From Phoronis australis (Eukaryota; Animalia; Phoronida): a stretch of DNA of 44,638 nt. Each line of letters begins with the position of its first letter. The first letter of the stretch is position 1. Position numbers and translations under genes: made by a program. Positions 21,282-33,346 of this stretch are shown piece after piece. The DNA lies in NCBI GenBank assembly GCA_002633005.1, contig NMRA01001053.1:18069-62706 (forward strand), in the 5' to 3' direction. A model generated the notes under the pieces. That model had not been told where the DNA came from and made no database searches. It worked only from the letters and a program-made list of their open reading frames with translations.

Positions 21282-24200
21282 ATGGTACAGTGAATGTTCC
21301 GCTAGGGAAATCATTTAATAAATCTAGATTTCGTCTTTCCATTTTCGAATCTGAGTTGGAAATTGCAGTCAATGTGTGATTTTTGTTCATGTCGTCTGCT
21401 AGTGTCTAGCTGTGATAGGCATTTTGGTAATCGAGCGAAGCAAATCGTCTTGCAAATTCTTGATCGGACAGAAGACCCGCGTCGGGGCACTAGTCGGATA
21501 TAATGGACCCTAACTTATTCCAAATAAATCCACTAAATGTAGGTCTAAATGAATGATTTTGGTATCGCTGCATTCCTCAGACATCTGGCTATCCGTACAA
21601 ATCCTTTTCACTACCCTCAATTACTCTAGTAGTCTATAAATACGCCATTCTGAGCTTGGTCCACTTTAGCCACGCGCATCGTAAAATCGGCAGCCATTTC
21701 AGGGAACTTACTATATCAAGCGCCATCTATCGGCGATTTGCTACAACACGCGCTGTTCCTTTTTCATCAGTCAACATGGGCGACGATAACATGATGATGA
21801 CAGATACGATCATGAGAGAGACGACGAAGGTGATGACGAGAGCAGACGTACGATGATTAACAACGACTGACGTTAAGAATTGACGAAATCGACCAATGAC
21901 GTTGACTGATGAAAAAGGAACAGCGTTTGTTGTAGCAAATCGCCGATAGCTGTCACTAGATACAGTGAGTTCCCTGAAATGGCTGCCGATTTAACGATGT
22001 GCGTGGCTAAAGTGACCGAGTTCGGAACAACGTAGTTATAGACTAGAGTAATTGAGGGTCGTGAAAAGCATTTTTACGGATAGCCAGATGTCTGAGGAAT
22101 GCAACGATTCCAAAATCATTCATTTAGACCTACTTTTAGTGGATTTATTTGGAATAAGTTAGGGTCCATGATATCCGACTAGTGCCCACGTCGGCAGTGG
22201 TCGGATATTAGAGAACCAGGCAATCACTGAATAACGGGCCCATCATTTAATGGATGTAACGGGTTCTGTAAATCAGGAACCGTTATATCCGACCAGTGCC
22301 CCCCACGTCGTCCCACTCGGCAAAGGCTTCTAATCATGATTTTTATTCGGTTTGCCAGTTGGCCTGAGTTAGTAGCAAATGTATTCCGTCGATGGAAGTT
22401 TTTGTTCATCAGCAGGGATATACCCAGGTTTCAAAACCTTGCTCGCCAGCTGGGCGAGTGAGCCAGAAAATCTACTTGCCCAGCCTGAACTGCAGGCGCC
22501 CAACCGTTTGTGTCTGTCACCACAAACTTTCTGCCAGTGTTAATAAAAATACTTGTTACGTGCATGATGTCACCATCTATTAGTGCCACCGTATTTGCCC
22601 TAATAAGCGCCCAGGGTGCTTACTGATTAGAAAAAATCGTTTCGGAAGGGGAAGGACGGTTGAAACCTGGTCTCCGAAACAGTTGAAATCATAAGCTAGG
22701 ATTCATCAAATTTACTCGCTGTGACATATCTGTAACCTGTGACAGACTTCCTACAAAACTGTGGTGCATTGCTATCAAACTTTGTTGTTAAATTACGATT
22801 TTTTTTTTAAAAATGTGCTGAAATCCCAGGGCGAAAACTTGCCGACTGATGCGTCGCAGCTTCGCGATTGTGGATAGGGCAACTTGAATTCTTCAGTTTT
22901 GACTCAACAAATTACCTGAAATCTTCCTTAAGTTTCCAAATAGCGTCCTTAAGATTTTTAAGTTCCTGTGGAGTCGGGATTATTTGCAGATTAAATCCAA
23001 ATCTGCGCTAGGTCACACTCCGCAACACGAGAAAAATCTGGACAAACACACGTGTAATTGTTGTCACGTGACATTTGTTTTGAAGCTAGTTTGCCGAGTG
23101 AGCGAGGGTGTGCGTGTCATCAGAGTTCATTTGTCGGAGTAGTAAACCCACATATATGTAGGGTTTAGGCCTAGCACGCGCTTCTTGGCCTCGTGATCGT
23201 TAACACTGGTCAAGTTTTAATTTCCGATGTTTACGAACACGAAGTAATCTGGATTCCTGTTGAGGGAAAAGATCTGTACTGGAAAGATACAATACAATCC
23301 CGTTGACCAGTACGCTGCGTATGTTCTGAAAGGCCTGACCATAGTGGGGACACATTCCTTGCAAGATCAGCAAAATTTATGCGTTCTTTTTGAAGCACTG
23401 CGGAAGTTGGAAGTGTACAGCCACCGCCAAATACCGACATAGCGGCAAGGCTCGTGGTGTAGAAATTTCGCACACAATGATTTTTCAGGACTGTTGGATA
23501 TTATTTATAAATTGATCACATTACTGTAGAATTTTAGAACTGTAGGTAAAGCATTTTTCGCATATGTACTCATTCATGGACTGGGCGCCTACTTTAGCAA
23601 AGTCTGACAACGAGTGGGGAAGCTTATAGGTGTGTAGGCACTTATTAGGACGAATGTTATTATTTATGAAATAATTTTGGCTAAAACTGATGACATTGTT
23701 CATTACAATAAGAAGTCAGTTCCAAGAAATATGGTATTTCACTTGTAATGAGCACAAGGACCGGTCTTGCACCTTTCCCCCTTTTCTTCGTTTTGGACTA
23801 GTCCACAAATTCCTTTGTGCATGAACACATACTGTGATCTTTTGTCTAGACAAATCACGTAACGGGCGACATCTACTGAACGGGTAGGATTGCACTGTGC
23901 CGATGTTTTTTACTTGGCCGGAGCATCGGCACGATGACCAAACTGAACATGAAATTCATGATAAAAACAGCACGAGGAGAAAATTTAGTCATGTTCATAA
24001 GAGAAACGATATAGTGCTTTTGCATTTTGTAAATTCGCTCGCCACCTGTGTGACTGGCAAGTCGACTTCAACTCGCCCAGCACCATTTTTACTCGCATTG
24101 GCGACTGGGCGAGTGGCTAAGTAAATCCCTGCACCAGTGATGCATATGCACTCCTAAAATTGATTATTTTTTATTATAAATTGTCCAAGGAAGGATTTGA

Positions 24201-26394
24201 ACCCGTGACTTTTGAAACTACAGATGTATAATCAAAAAATCGCACCATGATGAGTGTAACAAATATCCATGCTCGTTCTTGTCAGAACACAGGAACACCT
24301 GACGATGACCAGAGAATAGTCTGACCGAAACGTCATGACAATGTAAATAAACACGAGGTCAGTGTAAATAGACCAAGAGATTTTAATAATGGGTATATGT
24401 ATATATATCAACATGAATTTGGTGTTTGAGTCAGTGTGAGGCATAATTTGCTGAAAAGTTTCCGACGTATGGACCTCCACCGTTTCTACTGGGCCAGCTA
24501 GAGACAGTGATCACTGTCTAGGTTTTATTGTGTTACACATTGCAACAAGAAATTGAAACAACAGGAATATTTCAAAAGTGGCTATGTTTAGCTAACTATT
24601 GTTTTCTATTTCAGCCGCCAAAGAAGCCTGATCCAAAGGGGGGCAAGACTAGCAAAGCCCCTGCCAAGAAGAAGGAGGGGTCTGGTGGTGGCAAGGCCAA
24701 AAAGAAGGTAATCCTCTCTGGGAAGCCTGTCGGTTCCCGAGTATAAGATTTTATTAACATCACATCTGAGTAGATGTGCAGCTTGTTAGTTGTCTGTGTC
24801 TAACTGAACGTCGAAATACAGCTTTGAATCCAAGGGATAAAAAATTGGAAATAGGTTTAGCTCACTTTTTCAGTCAATTTGTGCTCGTCTGCCACAGAAG
24901 CCAAAATGTAGATTGCCAATCGTGCATACTTTTTATAACCATTACTGCGACTCATTCAAACAATGCCTCCCTTTTTTCCTATGTAGAAGTTAGAAAACTG
25001 TCAGTTACTCGTGTTGACCATCTTTTGGGACGTCCATTATCCAGTTTGGCATTTAAGCTTCCATAAACGCAACATCTCTGACTGAATTAACCTTAAATTC
25101 ATCCGCTTGAAATTGTGCAGTGCTTTTTATAAAACATAGATATTTTTAGGTCAGTGGCATTTGCTAAATATGTTTTTCTTCATATTGTTGTTGAGCAGAA
25201 GTGGTCAAAGGGAAAAGTGCGTGACAAGTTGAACAACCTGGTGCTGTTTGACAAGGCCACGTATGACAAACTGTATAAGGAGGTACCTAGCTACAAACTA
25301 ATCACCCCATCCGTGGTGTCAGAGAGGCTGAAGATCAGGGGCTCACTGGCCCGCAAGGCCCTGGAGGAACTGCTTTCCAAAGGTAGAGTAAAGTGGTGCA
25401 TACCTTACCATGACGGATATTGTTAAGCTTACCTAAGTCCAATCCATTTGGAGTAAGACAGAATCCATCGTATCTGAAGGGTGGAGTGCCCAAACTTTAA
25501 CAAACGTTCTTTGGAACTTGTCCAGGTTAAGCTCACTTGTTGCTAAGAAGCAGGTCTGGGTGTAGAAGTAATTCAAGTCATCATTCGTGAATAAAGTGGC
25601 TGCAATGTGTTAACAAGGAGCCGGAGACCAAATTTTTGCTACAGAGTCAAAAACGTTGCAGTCCAATATGCTAAAGCAAATACTGGGGTCATGTCTTCTG
25701 TGTTTGTGAATGCTGCCGCTAGATATTTCTACTCCCTCTTTTGCTAATTAACTTTTCATAATCATTGCTCCGATAGACTCCACTCTCTCTCAAATTCTCA
25801 AATTTATTTTGATTCAGATCGCTTGCCATTATGCAATATCTTCCTTACCTTGCTTAGGGATTTTGGGGTTTGAGTACAAGTAATGGTTGGTGGTTATTTG
25901 AGACCTAACTGATCACAGATCAGACCTAATCGTCCTTGGTGGCTGGTGTTTTCCCACAGTTGCTGTGTAATTCGCTAAAAACGTAGGTCACGCTTGTCTG
26001 TTAAGCAGAATATGAAAGGCGTTTACAAATTTTCCTCCAGACTTTCAAGGGTTGCAGAGCATTATTTTGTTTCAGATAACTGGATGGGGAAAGTCTTAGT
26101 TTTTGTTCATAGCCCAAAACCAGGCTTGGTATCCTTTTCACCATTAATTTTCCACTCGTGTAATTGAGTGAAGCATTAATTGGTTGATGTGGCAGTTTGG
26201 GTACCACATTGCCTTGTGCTCAAAAATTGAGCACCCATGTCCTCATTTGTTAATTGTTGCCTTTTGCTCAAGCATTGAGCCCTGAACCGATGTATAAGCT
26301 ACACGTTTTATTTCCAGGTTTAATCAAGCAAGTTGTCCACCACAACAGCCAGATTATCTACACAAGGAACACATCCTCCAAGGGAGGTGAATAG
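21282..26394 (+). CDS. RPS25: 40S ribosomal protein S25 (eS25), about 118 aa
   Basis: Exons: 21282-21284 (ATG only; duplicate at 18985-18987), 24615-24707 ([10 protein letters not shown]...GGGKAKKK), 25199-25382 ([61 protein letters not shown]) and 26318-26394 ([19 protein letters not shown]...*). GT-AG introns with consistent phases. The ATG-only exon 1 is inferred from the TOP tract and the known RPS25 gene layout. Confidence 0.96.
21486..22186. mobile_element. 701-bp foldback element in RPS25 intron 1
   Basis: About 290-bp inverted arms (21486-21775 and 21901-22186) starting GGCACTAGTCGGATAT; 8-bp TSD CGCGTCGG/CACGTCGG; absent at the equivalent site (about 19188) in the duplicate block. 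Confidence 0.85.
22413..24131. mobile_element. CAGGG-ended TIR element containing a nested Tc1/pogo-like MITE (about 22589-23657)
   Basis: TIR CAGGGATATAC/CAGGGATTTAC with subterminal CTCGCC..TGGGCGAGT repeats; flanks CATCAG/CACCAG. Inner TIR ATTTGCCCTAATAAGCGCC vs ATTCGTCCTAATAAGTGCC. Confidence 0.55.
24615..24707 (+). CDS. RPS25: RPS25 exon 2
   Basis: Acceptor TTTCAG, donor GTAATC; 31 codons. Confidence 0.95.
25199..25382 (+). CDS. RPS25: RPS25 exon 3
   Basis: Acceptor GCAG, donor GTAGAG; KWSKGK signature. Confidence 0.96.
26318..26394 (+). CDS. RPS25: RPS25 exon 4
   Basis: Acceptor TTCCAG; QIIYTR motif; stop TAG at 26392-26394. Confidence 0.93.
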
Positions 26395-26426
26395 GCCGAT
26401 TGCACTGTATGTTGACTATGTATTAT

Positions 26427-26432
26427 AATAAA
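26427..26432 (+). terminator. RPS25 polyadenylation signal AATAAA
   Basis: Canonical hexamer 32 nt after the stop codon. Confidence 0.75.
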
Positions 26433-27034
26433 TATTGAAGAAAATTTACCTCCTTTCCATTACTAATATGGTCGATGATTTCAAGTTCATCCATGACTAA
26501 GTGTGTTTTAGGCTGGTGTTCCTATACTCTAAATGATGCACGTACCTAAGTGTGGGTGTATGGGAAAAAGGGCAGCGTAAATACACAAACTGGCTTCTCG
26601 AAAATGTAAATGGTTTACATTGATTTAAAACGAAGATTTTCCACCAGTGGCAAGTGCATTTAAATTAAAAATGTGCTGTGAAGTTTCAATGGAAATAGTC
26701 CCCTGATTAGGAGTCGTAATTTCGTTTTCCCTCAAAATTTTATATTTAGAGATTGTAAAGTGTCCATTTTTGCTGTTATGGGATACAAACCAGTTGACAT
26801 TATTCCTAGGAAATGTATTTTGTGGCAAAATGATGTTTTCAATTTCTTGATTGAGGAACATGTTTAGCGTTCAGTTGGAGAAGTTTCCAAGTAGGTGGAC
26901 TTTTAAGTGACCACGTTAATACGTGTGGTCGCATTCTGCTCGATATCTCAAAAACCCCTGGTCGAATTTTGATAAAATTTGGCATGTGTATTTAGGCGCA
27001 CCAGAACCGCTCGTGCTGCTTATCAATCTGCCCT

Positions 27035-27263
<229 letters not shown>

Positions 27264-27744
27264 NCATATTGCGCCTACACTGTATAGCAACAATTATTAT
27301 AGTTTATTGTAGCATCAGTGCTTGGAGCTTGCGGTTATCAATCTTGAGTGAAGCTACAGTTTTTGGTGCACCTTGTTGATTTAGTTCAAAGAAACGTGAA
27401 CAGCGCCATTATTTTACCAATTAGTATAATTAGTGGTCCAACGAAGGTCCATAATGTAATTATTTCGGTTAAAACAACTGGCTCGTTTTACACAAGTAAT
27501 TTTATTCGAACGGCGGGTGCCGCTTGTGGGACTGCCATTGACATCCTGCTTTGGGTAAGCGCATTCGCAAAACATCCAGTTGTATTCTTTGTAGCATTCA
27601 AGTTTCTTGGGATTATCGAGATCATGCGCAAGTCTCCGCGAGATGTCGCCCCGCAGTAGTTGAATTGACGTGGCTGGCGGTAGTCTTTGCTCTTGCGTCC
27701 ACGAATGGCGCTCCAGTTTCTTCGTTGAAACTTGAGTGGCTTAA

Positions 27745-30482
27745 TTAGTTGTCCTGACAGTGAATCATGACTTTAATGGCATTTGCATCACGTGATCTGG
27801 CTGTGTCGAATGCTTGTACTGTCTGATCCAGTGAAAAGTGATGTGTTATCAGCCGCTTGACATCTACTGCCCCTGTGGAGACCAGCGACAGGGCCTTGGG
27901 GTAGCTGAAATTATGAAGCGTAAACATACACGAATATTCAGACATCTGGATTTGGTACGATACATCGGTTAATGTCCATTAGGTAACAGTCCGCGTATAC
28001 GCGTATGTGACACGCGCTTTTGTTATTGCTTAGCCTGGTACAAGATAAGGTGTGCGTCAGAAATGTCCGTTGTCTGCGGACAAGGTGAGACACGTTTTCC
28101 TGTAATATACAACCGTGAGCACGATTTTTGGAGTCGCGCAATAAGGCGTTTCCAAAAAATACAAGTTGTGAAATTGGATATTTACAAAATATTCGGTCAA
28201 TAGCACGTTTCGTCGATGCAAATAGTCTCGTAGCCCTACATGTGAACACCATATAAGCGTTTGAAATACCCGGTAATGGCCCGGGACCACTGAGGGGATT
28301 TGTGTTCGGGCCAGTAAACTTTCACATATAAGCACTATGCATGGGCGGCGCAGCACTGAAAATGGTGGGGAGGCTAAAGCTATCTCAGTCCCCCTGAGGT
28401 GCACCGCCTATTGACCATGTGCGGTGTAGCACTGATGCGGGGGCTATATAGACCCCAGCCCCCTATGGTGCGCCTCCCATGCTATGGGGATGCGATTCAA
28501 TTATTTCAAAAGGGTCTATTGGCTAATTTTTTGCCTCTCGCCTCCTGAACGCCAAGGAATTTGAACCTTGTGGGCAACAAGTGCACGATCGCCTCATTAG
28601 TTCTACACATGATGTATGTACTGATGAAACGTGTTTTGCAAAATATATTGATTGAGTCCAGTCCGGGGTTTTTATTTCATAACCGCAGCTTATGTGGTGT
28701 TTATGTATTCATCTCAGTTACCAACAATTCGTTGCGTTAATGGCATAACAAATAGGAGTTCTCAAGTACATGCGCATTTAGTGTACAGGAAAATATGGAG
28801 AAAACGTAGATAGGATACTTAAAGCAGGGCCAGCAACTTGGCAGCCGGGCCAATAAATTTTCAGCACATTTATTTGTTGAAGTTCGAGCACTGGTCACGA
28901 CACGCAGATCACTCTTTAGCGCGTGAAAACCTGGCCGTTTTCACGCCAAACATGTCCCAGCTCTTTGGTCTAGTTGAAGCGCTTTACTGGTTTTACACTA
29001 TTGTGTTGCTACATGTATCAGGCCTTATACCTTACCAAGTGGTTATCTCGCCTTACAGTATAAGGACGGACATTCGGTTTCCAGAGCCTATACGGCCAAC
29101 GTATGTGCGGTTTGCTCCTTCCAAAGATATCGAGTAAGGAAAGAGTACATGTACTGACATATTGGGTGCAAGGCTTGATTGACTTCGCTGGGTCAACTGG
29201 CCTGAACATCCGATTGGTCTGTAAGCCAGAAGTCTAGTCATCGGGAACCAGTCCGATGTCTTTGCCGTTTGACTCGGCAAAACCGGTAAAGTCGGTCAGT
29301 CAAGTGCAGCCATTTTGAATAACACATACCAGTTAGCATATCTGAAAACCCCTTTAATGTCGACCTCGCGACAGGCTGCTGATACGATCGGAAGTCGCAA
29401 GTCCATCGAGCCTCTCCCAATCAGGACAACACTGCCACCGGACTGGGTCACCTGACATAATGGAGACATACATATAGTTGATATAGGGCATGTGGTAACA
29501 GTAGTCCTAGTAACGAGTTTTCCTAAAGTTACGGTAACTCTTCACGTATAGCGATAATTGTCAAAATTCCCCAACAAAAAAGAAATTGTAAGTTCATAGC
29601 GAACAATTGTCAAATTCCCCGACAAAGGAGAAACTCTAGATAGTCTATTATAAACTAAAGATATCAGTTGTTAAAAGAACTTCCAGTAAAGTATCAGTCA
29701 TTAGCAACATGATAATCAGCCCTTGAAAGTTGGAACGTGACATTTTTGTGCGAAATAAGTGAAGACTTGCCGAAACTTTCCCGCCTAATTATCTGAACGT
29801 AGAGACACGACACAGACAAAAGCGCAGTAGCCACCCGTAGACGAAGTAACCTGACAAAACCCGTTATCAACGATTTAAAGTAAATCAACAGGTAAGTAAA
29901 CGCACGTCGACATAAAATTGAAACTCAAGACTGGATAATCCGTGCTTCTAACTTAAATATCTTCCTTGTTGATGAACGCCTTCCATTTTATTTAACTTCG
30001 TCATCACTGTTATTTTTATTGTTATAGTTATTATTATTGCTTTTGCTGTTGTCATGTGCAAGCCAAGAAATACGTGTAGCATAAGGTAACTTTAATACAG
30101 GGGCGGATCCAGGATTTTGAGTTAGGGGGGGCCATGGCAGAGTATTAACCAGGATTTTGCCCGACAGACATTCGCACCCCCGTATTGGCAAAATGGAATC
30201 TGGGAGAATTTTAGGGGGGGGATCGCACCCTTGGCCCCCCTCTAAATCCGCCACTGTAATAGGTGTCAGCACACCTTACTATTTCACACCGCAGAATCAG
30301 ACCTACTTGCAAACCCACGATTAGGCTTTGGTCCGATCCACTGCATTCTAACGTGACATCCGGTTTGTTTTCTATCGCCTCTTCCACCAGACGGACTATG
30401 TCTTCATCCGACTTAGATAAGACGTTTATAATTGCGTCAGCTCCATGTTTTCGCGCAACTTGCAGTCTCGTGTCGTCTATGT
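27745..30482 (-). CDS. SORD: Sorbitol dehydrogenase (zinc MDR family), 3' part only (last three exons)
   Basis: Exons 30482-30307 ([16 protein letters not shown]...[19 protein letters not shown]), 29451-29330 ([14 protein letters not shown]...[16 protein letters not shown]) and 27904-27745 ([25 protein letters not shown]...AIKVMIHC..*). GT-AG ends and phases are consistent, and [11 protein letters not shown] is typical of SORD. The 5' exons were not found; an N gap lies just upstream. Confidence 0.92.
29330..29451 (-). CDS. SORD: SORD penultimate exon
   Basis: Acceptor GTCAG, donor GTATGT; the correct frame is not in the ORF track. Confidence 0.92.
30098..30256 (+). mobile_element. hAT-type MITE with 5-bp TSD (SORD intron)
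   Basis: CAGGGGCGGAT...ATCCGCCACTG termini; TSD TAATA. Confidence 0.8.
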
Positions 30483-30525
30483 CTGAAAATGAATACCTCT
30501 GCTGTTNNNNNNNNNNNNNNNNNNN

Positions 30526-32601
30526 GCACATGCAACGGAACGTATGGATAGTTCTTTGGTAAGCCGAAATTCGTCAGAGAAATCACTGTCGACGAAATGC
30601 CGGCCACAGACACGGAGATGTTTCACGGCCTTATACTTGCTACATTCTTCACTACCACGAGCCACTTCCTAAGCCATTTCGGGCTCTTAAAAGGGAACTG
30701 TATTTTATTCTGAATAAATTCTGGTTAGTTTTCTGTGAATTGTTGATTAATTTCACAAATATTTCACAACAAAAATTAAAGTGATATTCTCTAACGAAGC
30801 TCAAAAAAAGTACCGGCTTGGAGCGCTGCTTAGCCTCGTGACGTATTTGGCGGGGGCACTTGAAAGTTACTGTCCTGTGTTAGCGTGTAATCAAGTAGCG
30901 TTTTTTATATTGTCGGAATAAGAAATTTTAGTGTGAAATGTCGGGTCACCAGGGATACCTGTTTGAGCCGAAGCAACACAAAGTGAAACCCAGTCATCGT
31001 CAACGTCAGACGAAAAATTGGCGGTGCAACCCAGTCCGTATCAACATTTTATACTGGTGTGACTGAGCCGTGGGCAATGAGGACTCTAACCAGCCAGTCA
31101 GCCAGCTGTCAGTCAATACTCAGCTCTGTAAACTTGAAGGGTTGGTAAGTTACCTACTATAGCTGTATGAAGACTATCTTACCACTGTTATTTGAGCTCC
31201 GTTAACCCCGAAATTTCAGACAGCCGTTGACTACCCGGGTATAGTTTACTTAATATGTTCGTCACCTCGTTGTAAAACTTAGGCTACATAAACATATAAA
31301 GCTAACGGACCGGCGGGGGCGCATGCAAAATGTGGTAGTTACCTGACACTCCCATTGTTCGTTGCAGCCGTTTAATAAGTGGAAAACAATCAAATAAACG
31401 TCATTTGGTAGCATAATTTGCCGCCTTTTTAACAACGAAGTGTGTCGTCGTTTCAAAAACAGCACGCTCGTGACACGGCGCACGTGCCATTTCCTAAAAA
31501 TTTGAGACGTCTTTCGGGACATGATGACAGCTTCGCAGCACCAAGGTTGTTTTAAAGTTCGATTTGCTGGTATAAAAATACTAAAAACTTGTAACAAAAT
31601 GAAACAAGTTCCGATAATTTGTTATAACATGTACACAATCTAGGTACCGTCAGCGACGAACACTTGCTAAAAGAATCAGGGGGAAAAGAAACTGGTAAAG
31701 GTCAGGTGACGTAATCGCAAAAAGCCGACTCAAGAGAATACATTACAATTTTACTAGCACCAGCCGATGAACGATCGCTAACATTTCCAACACCGGTAAA
31801 TACAGATGTTAGTTTACTCTAGGAACCTGGTTCCTAGGTTTACGCAAGGATGAGATTAGTTTTAATGACATTTAGTTTGAGTCAGATTTTATTTGTACAT
31901 TTTTTACCCATATCGGCTCAAACCTGTAGGCCTATATCTAGTACACACTGAGCTTTAGCTTAGGCCAAGGCTTGGGTAACCCGGCGATGGTATGCGATGA
32001 CCATCCCTTTAGAAGACACCTTTTTCGAAGGGTTTGAGCAACCAGGTGCCATACAAAAAGGCATAGCGAACCTTTTACAGCACTGTAGCAAACAATAAAA
32101 AATAAGGACGATTGATACAATGATAAATTACGATGTAAACTCTTCAAATTTGACATAAGCAACGAATGTGTAAAGCAGCCGATACCCCGCCGTTCACGTC
32201 ACTGACACATCAGCCAATCAGCGATCGCTTTCAGAATTCAGTGTTTTGACCATGAATACGAATTGGCTTTTGTTTGGCACGCAAGTCAGGCAAATGTGAG
32301 TTTTATTTATAGGTTAGAACCGATTAACTGCAACATTATTTTGACTACAGTCCCCTTTTAAGGAGGTCGGAAAAACGATATACCCGCTTTCTTCGCAGCT
32401 TCATAGTTCGGACAAGTGAGAACGATGCACCGGTGATATACTCTGCAAACGAACCACTGACGTCGCTGCGCCGTTTCTCACCTTCCTCACAGGTTAACGC
32501 GATACCTCTCGGCAAGGTGAGGTCGACCGTATAAGAGGCGATGTGTATTTAGACCGATTAAGACGGTAAAAAAGGTTAATTGAATCGGGTGGCATTCTCC
32601 T
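30526..32601 (-). mobile_element. Family A Kolobok copy (5' end), cut by the N gap and interrupted by a nested element
   Basis: TIR at 32587-32601 followed by TTAA at 32602-32605. Segments 32362-32601 and 30526-30686 align with about 504-900 and encode CIVLTCPNY..GISFFRPP and RVCGRHFVDSDF. Confidence 0.85.
30691..32357 (-). mobile_element. Nested Kolobok-type element (family B) with THAP and KolX remnants
   Basis: TTAA TSDs at 30687-30690 and 32358-32361; TIR AAGGGAACTGTA/AAGGGGACTGTA. Minus-strand ATG at 32064 gives MPFCMAPGCSNPS..IAYHR (THAP start). Plus-strand ATG at 30938 gives MSGHQGYLFEP and, after a frameshift, SSSTSDE..LYWCD* (KolX start). Confidence 0.8.
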
Positions 32602-33346
32602 TTAATAGTTTTTGATAAATTCTTTCTCATAACCACTGTTTGTAATTTTCGACAATATCAATAAATAAGAATGTATTTTAAATCAATTCAAATCTCCTTT
32701 TACTCCCACTTTTTCAATACTCAAACTTTAAAACGACTTAGCATCTATCAGTCTCAGGCGCTCGAATTTCCCGATGACTCATAATCATATATAAGAAACA
32801 TAGAGGTTGGACGCTAAAACTTTGCCGAGCCGAGGCTCCCAACTTCAACTGTCCAAAATCCAAATAAAATCTGCGTGCACCTCCCTCTTAATGCGGTCGG
32901 CTCTACCGTCAGCCCACCGCATTGCCGACTCATAAGGCGACCCCACAGCCGACTCTTAATTGCCGAACGGCCGTCAGCCGACCCGCGTTTATAACAGTGC
33001 GACCGTGACGTTAGCTTTTCGGCATCTTCACAAAAGCGCAGTAACTGTGCGTTCAATGTATTTTCGCCTTCCGACACGAATCTATGATGAATACGGAGTT
33101 TTAAAAAGTCCACTATTGAGGACAGTATAAAAGGTTAACCTGTTTAGTGGATTATTTATTGCCAACAGATGTACGTGTGAACAGAAAGCGTGTCTACGTA
33201 AAGAAATTAAGTGTGTTTGTTCAAAAGTTTTCAGAGTCGTGCGGTCAGGGCCCTACGTACGTACAACAACCATGACAAACTACAAAGCAGGTTTTCAAAA
33301 TTAGATTAACAGTTTACGGCATACCGCATACAATGCACGTTCTTAA

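Larger units (their letters stand above)
17570..22368. repeat. Duplication 17570-19383 / 19860-22368 around a single N
   Basis: The second copy starts immediately after the N at 19859; the copies differ by SNPs and copy-specific insertions. Confidence 0.9.

Noticed and set aside
17570-22368. True segmental duplication giving two RPS25/EI24 promoters
   Set aside because: The second copy starts exactly at an N and differs only by scattered SNPs and private insertions; uncollapsed haplotypes are the simpler explanation.
24188-24212. tRNA gene (minus-strand GGTTCAAATCC B-box; a similar GTTCGAATC lies near 35487)
   Set aside because: No A box or cloverleaf could be built; at most SINE remnants.
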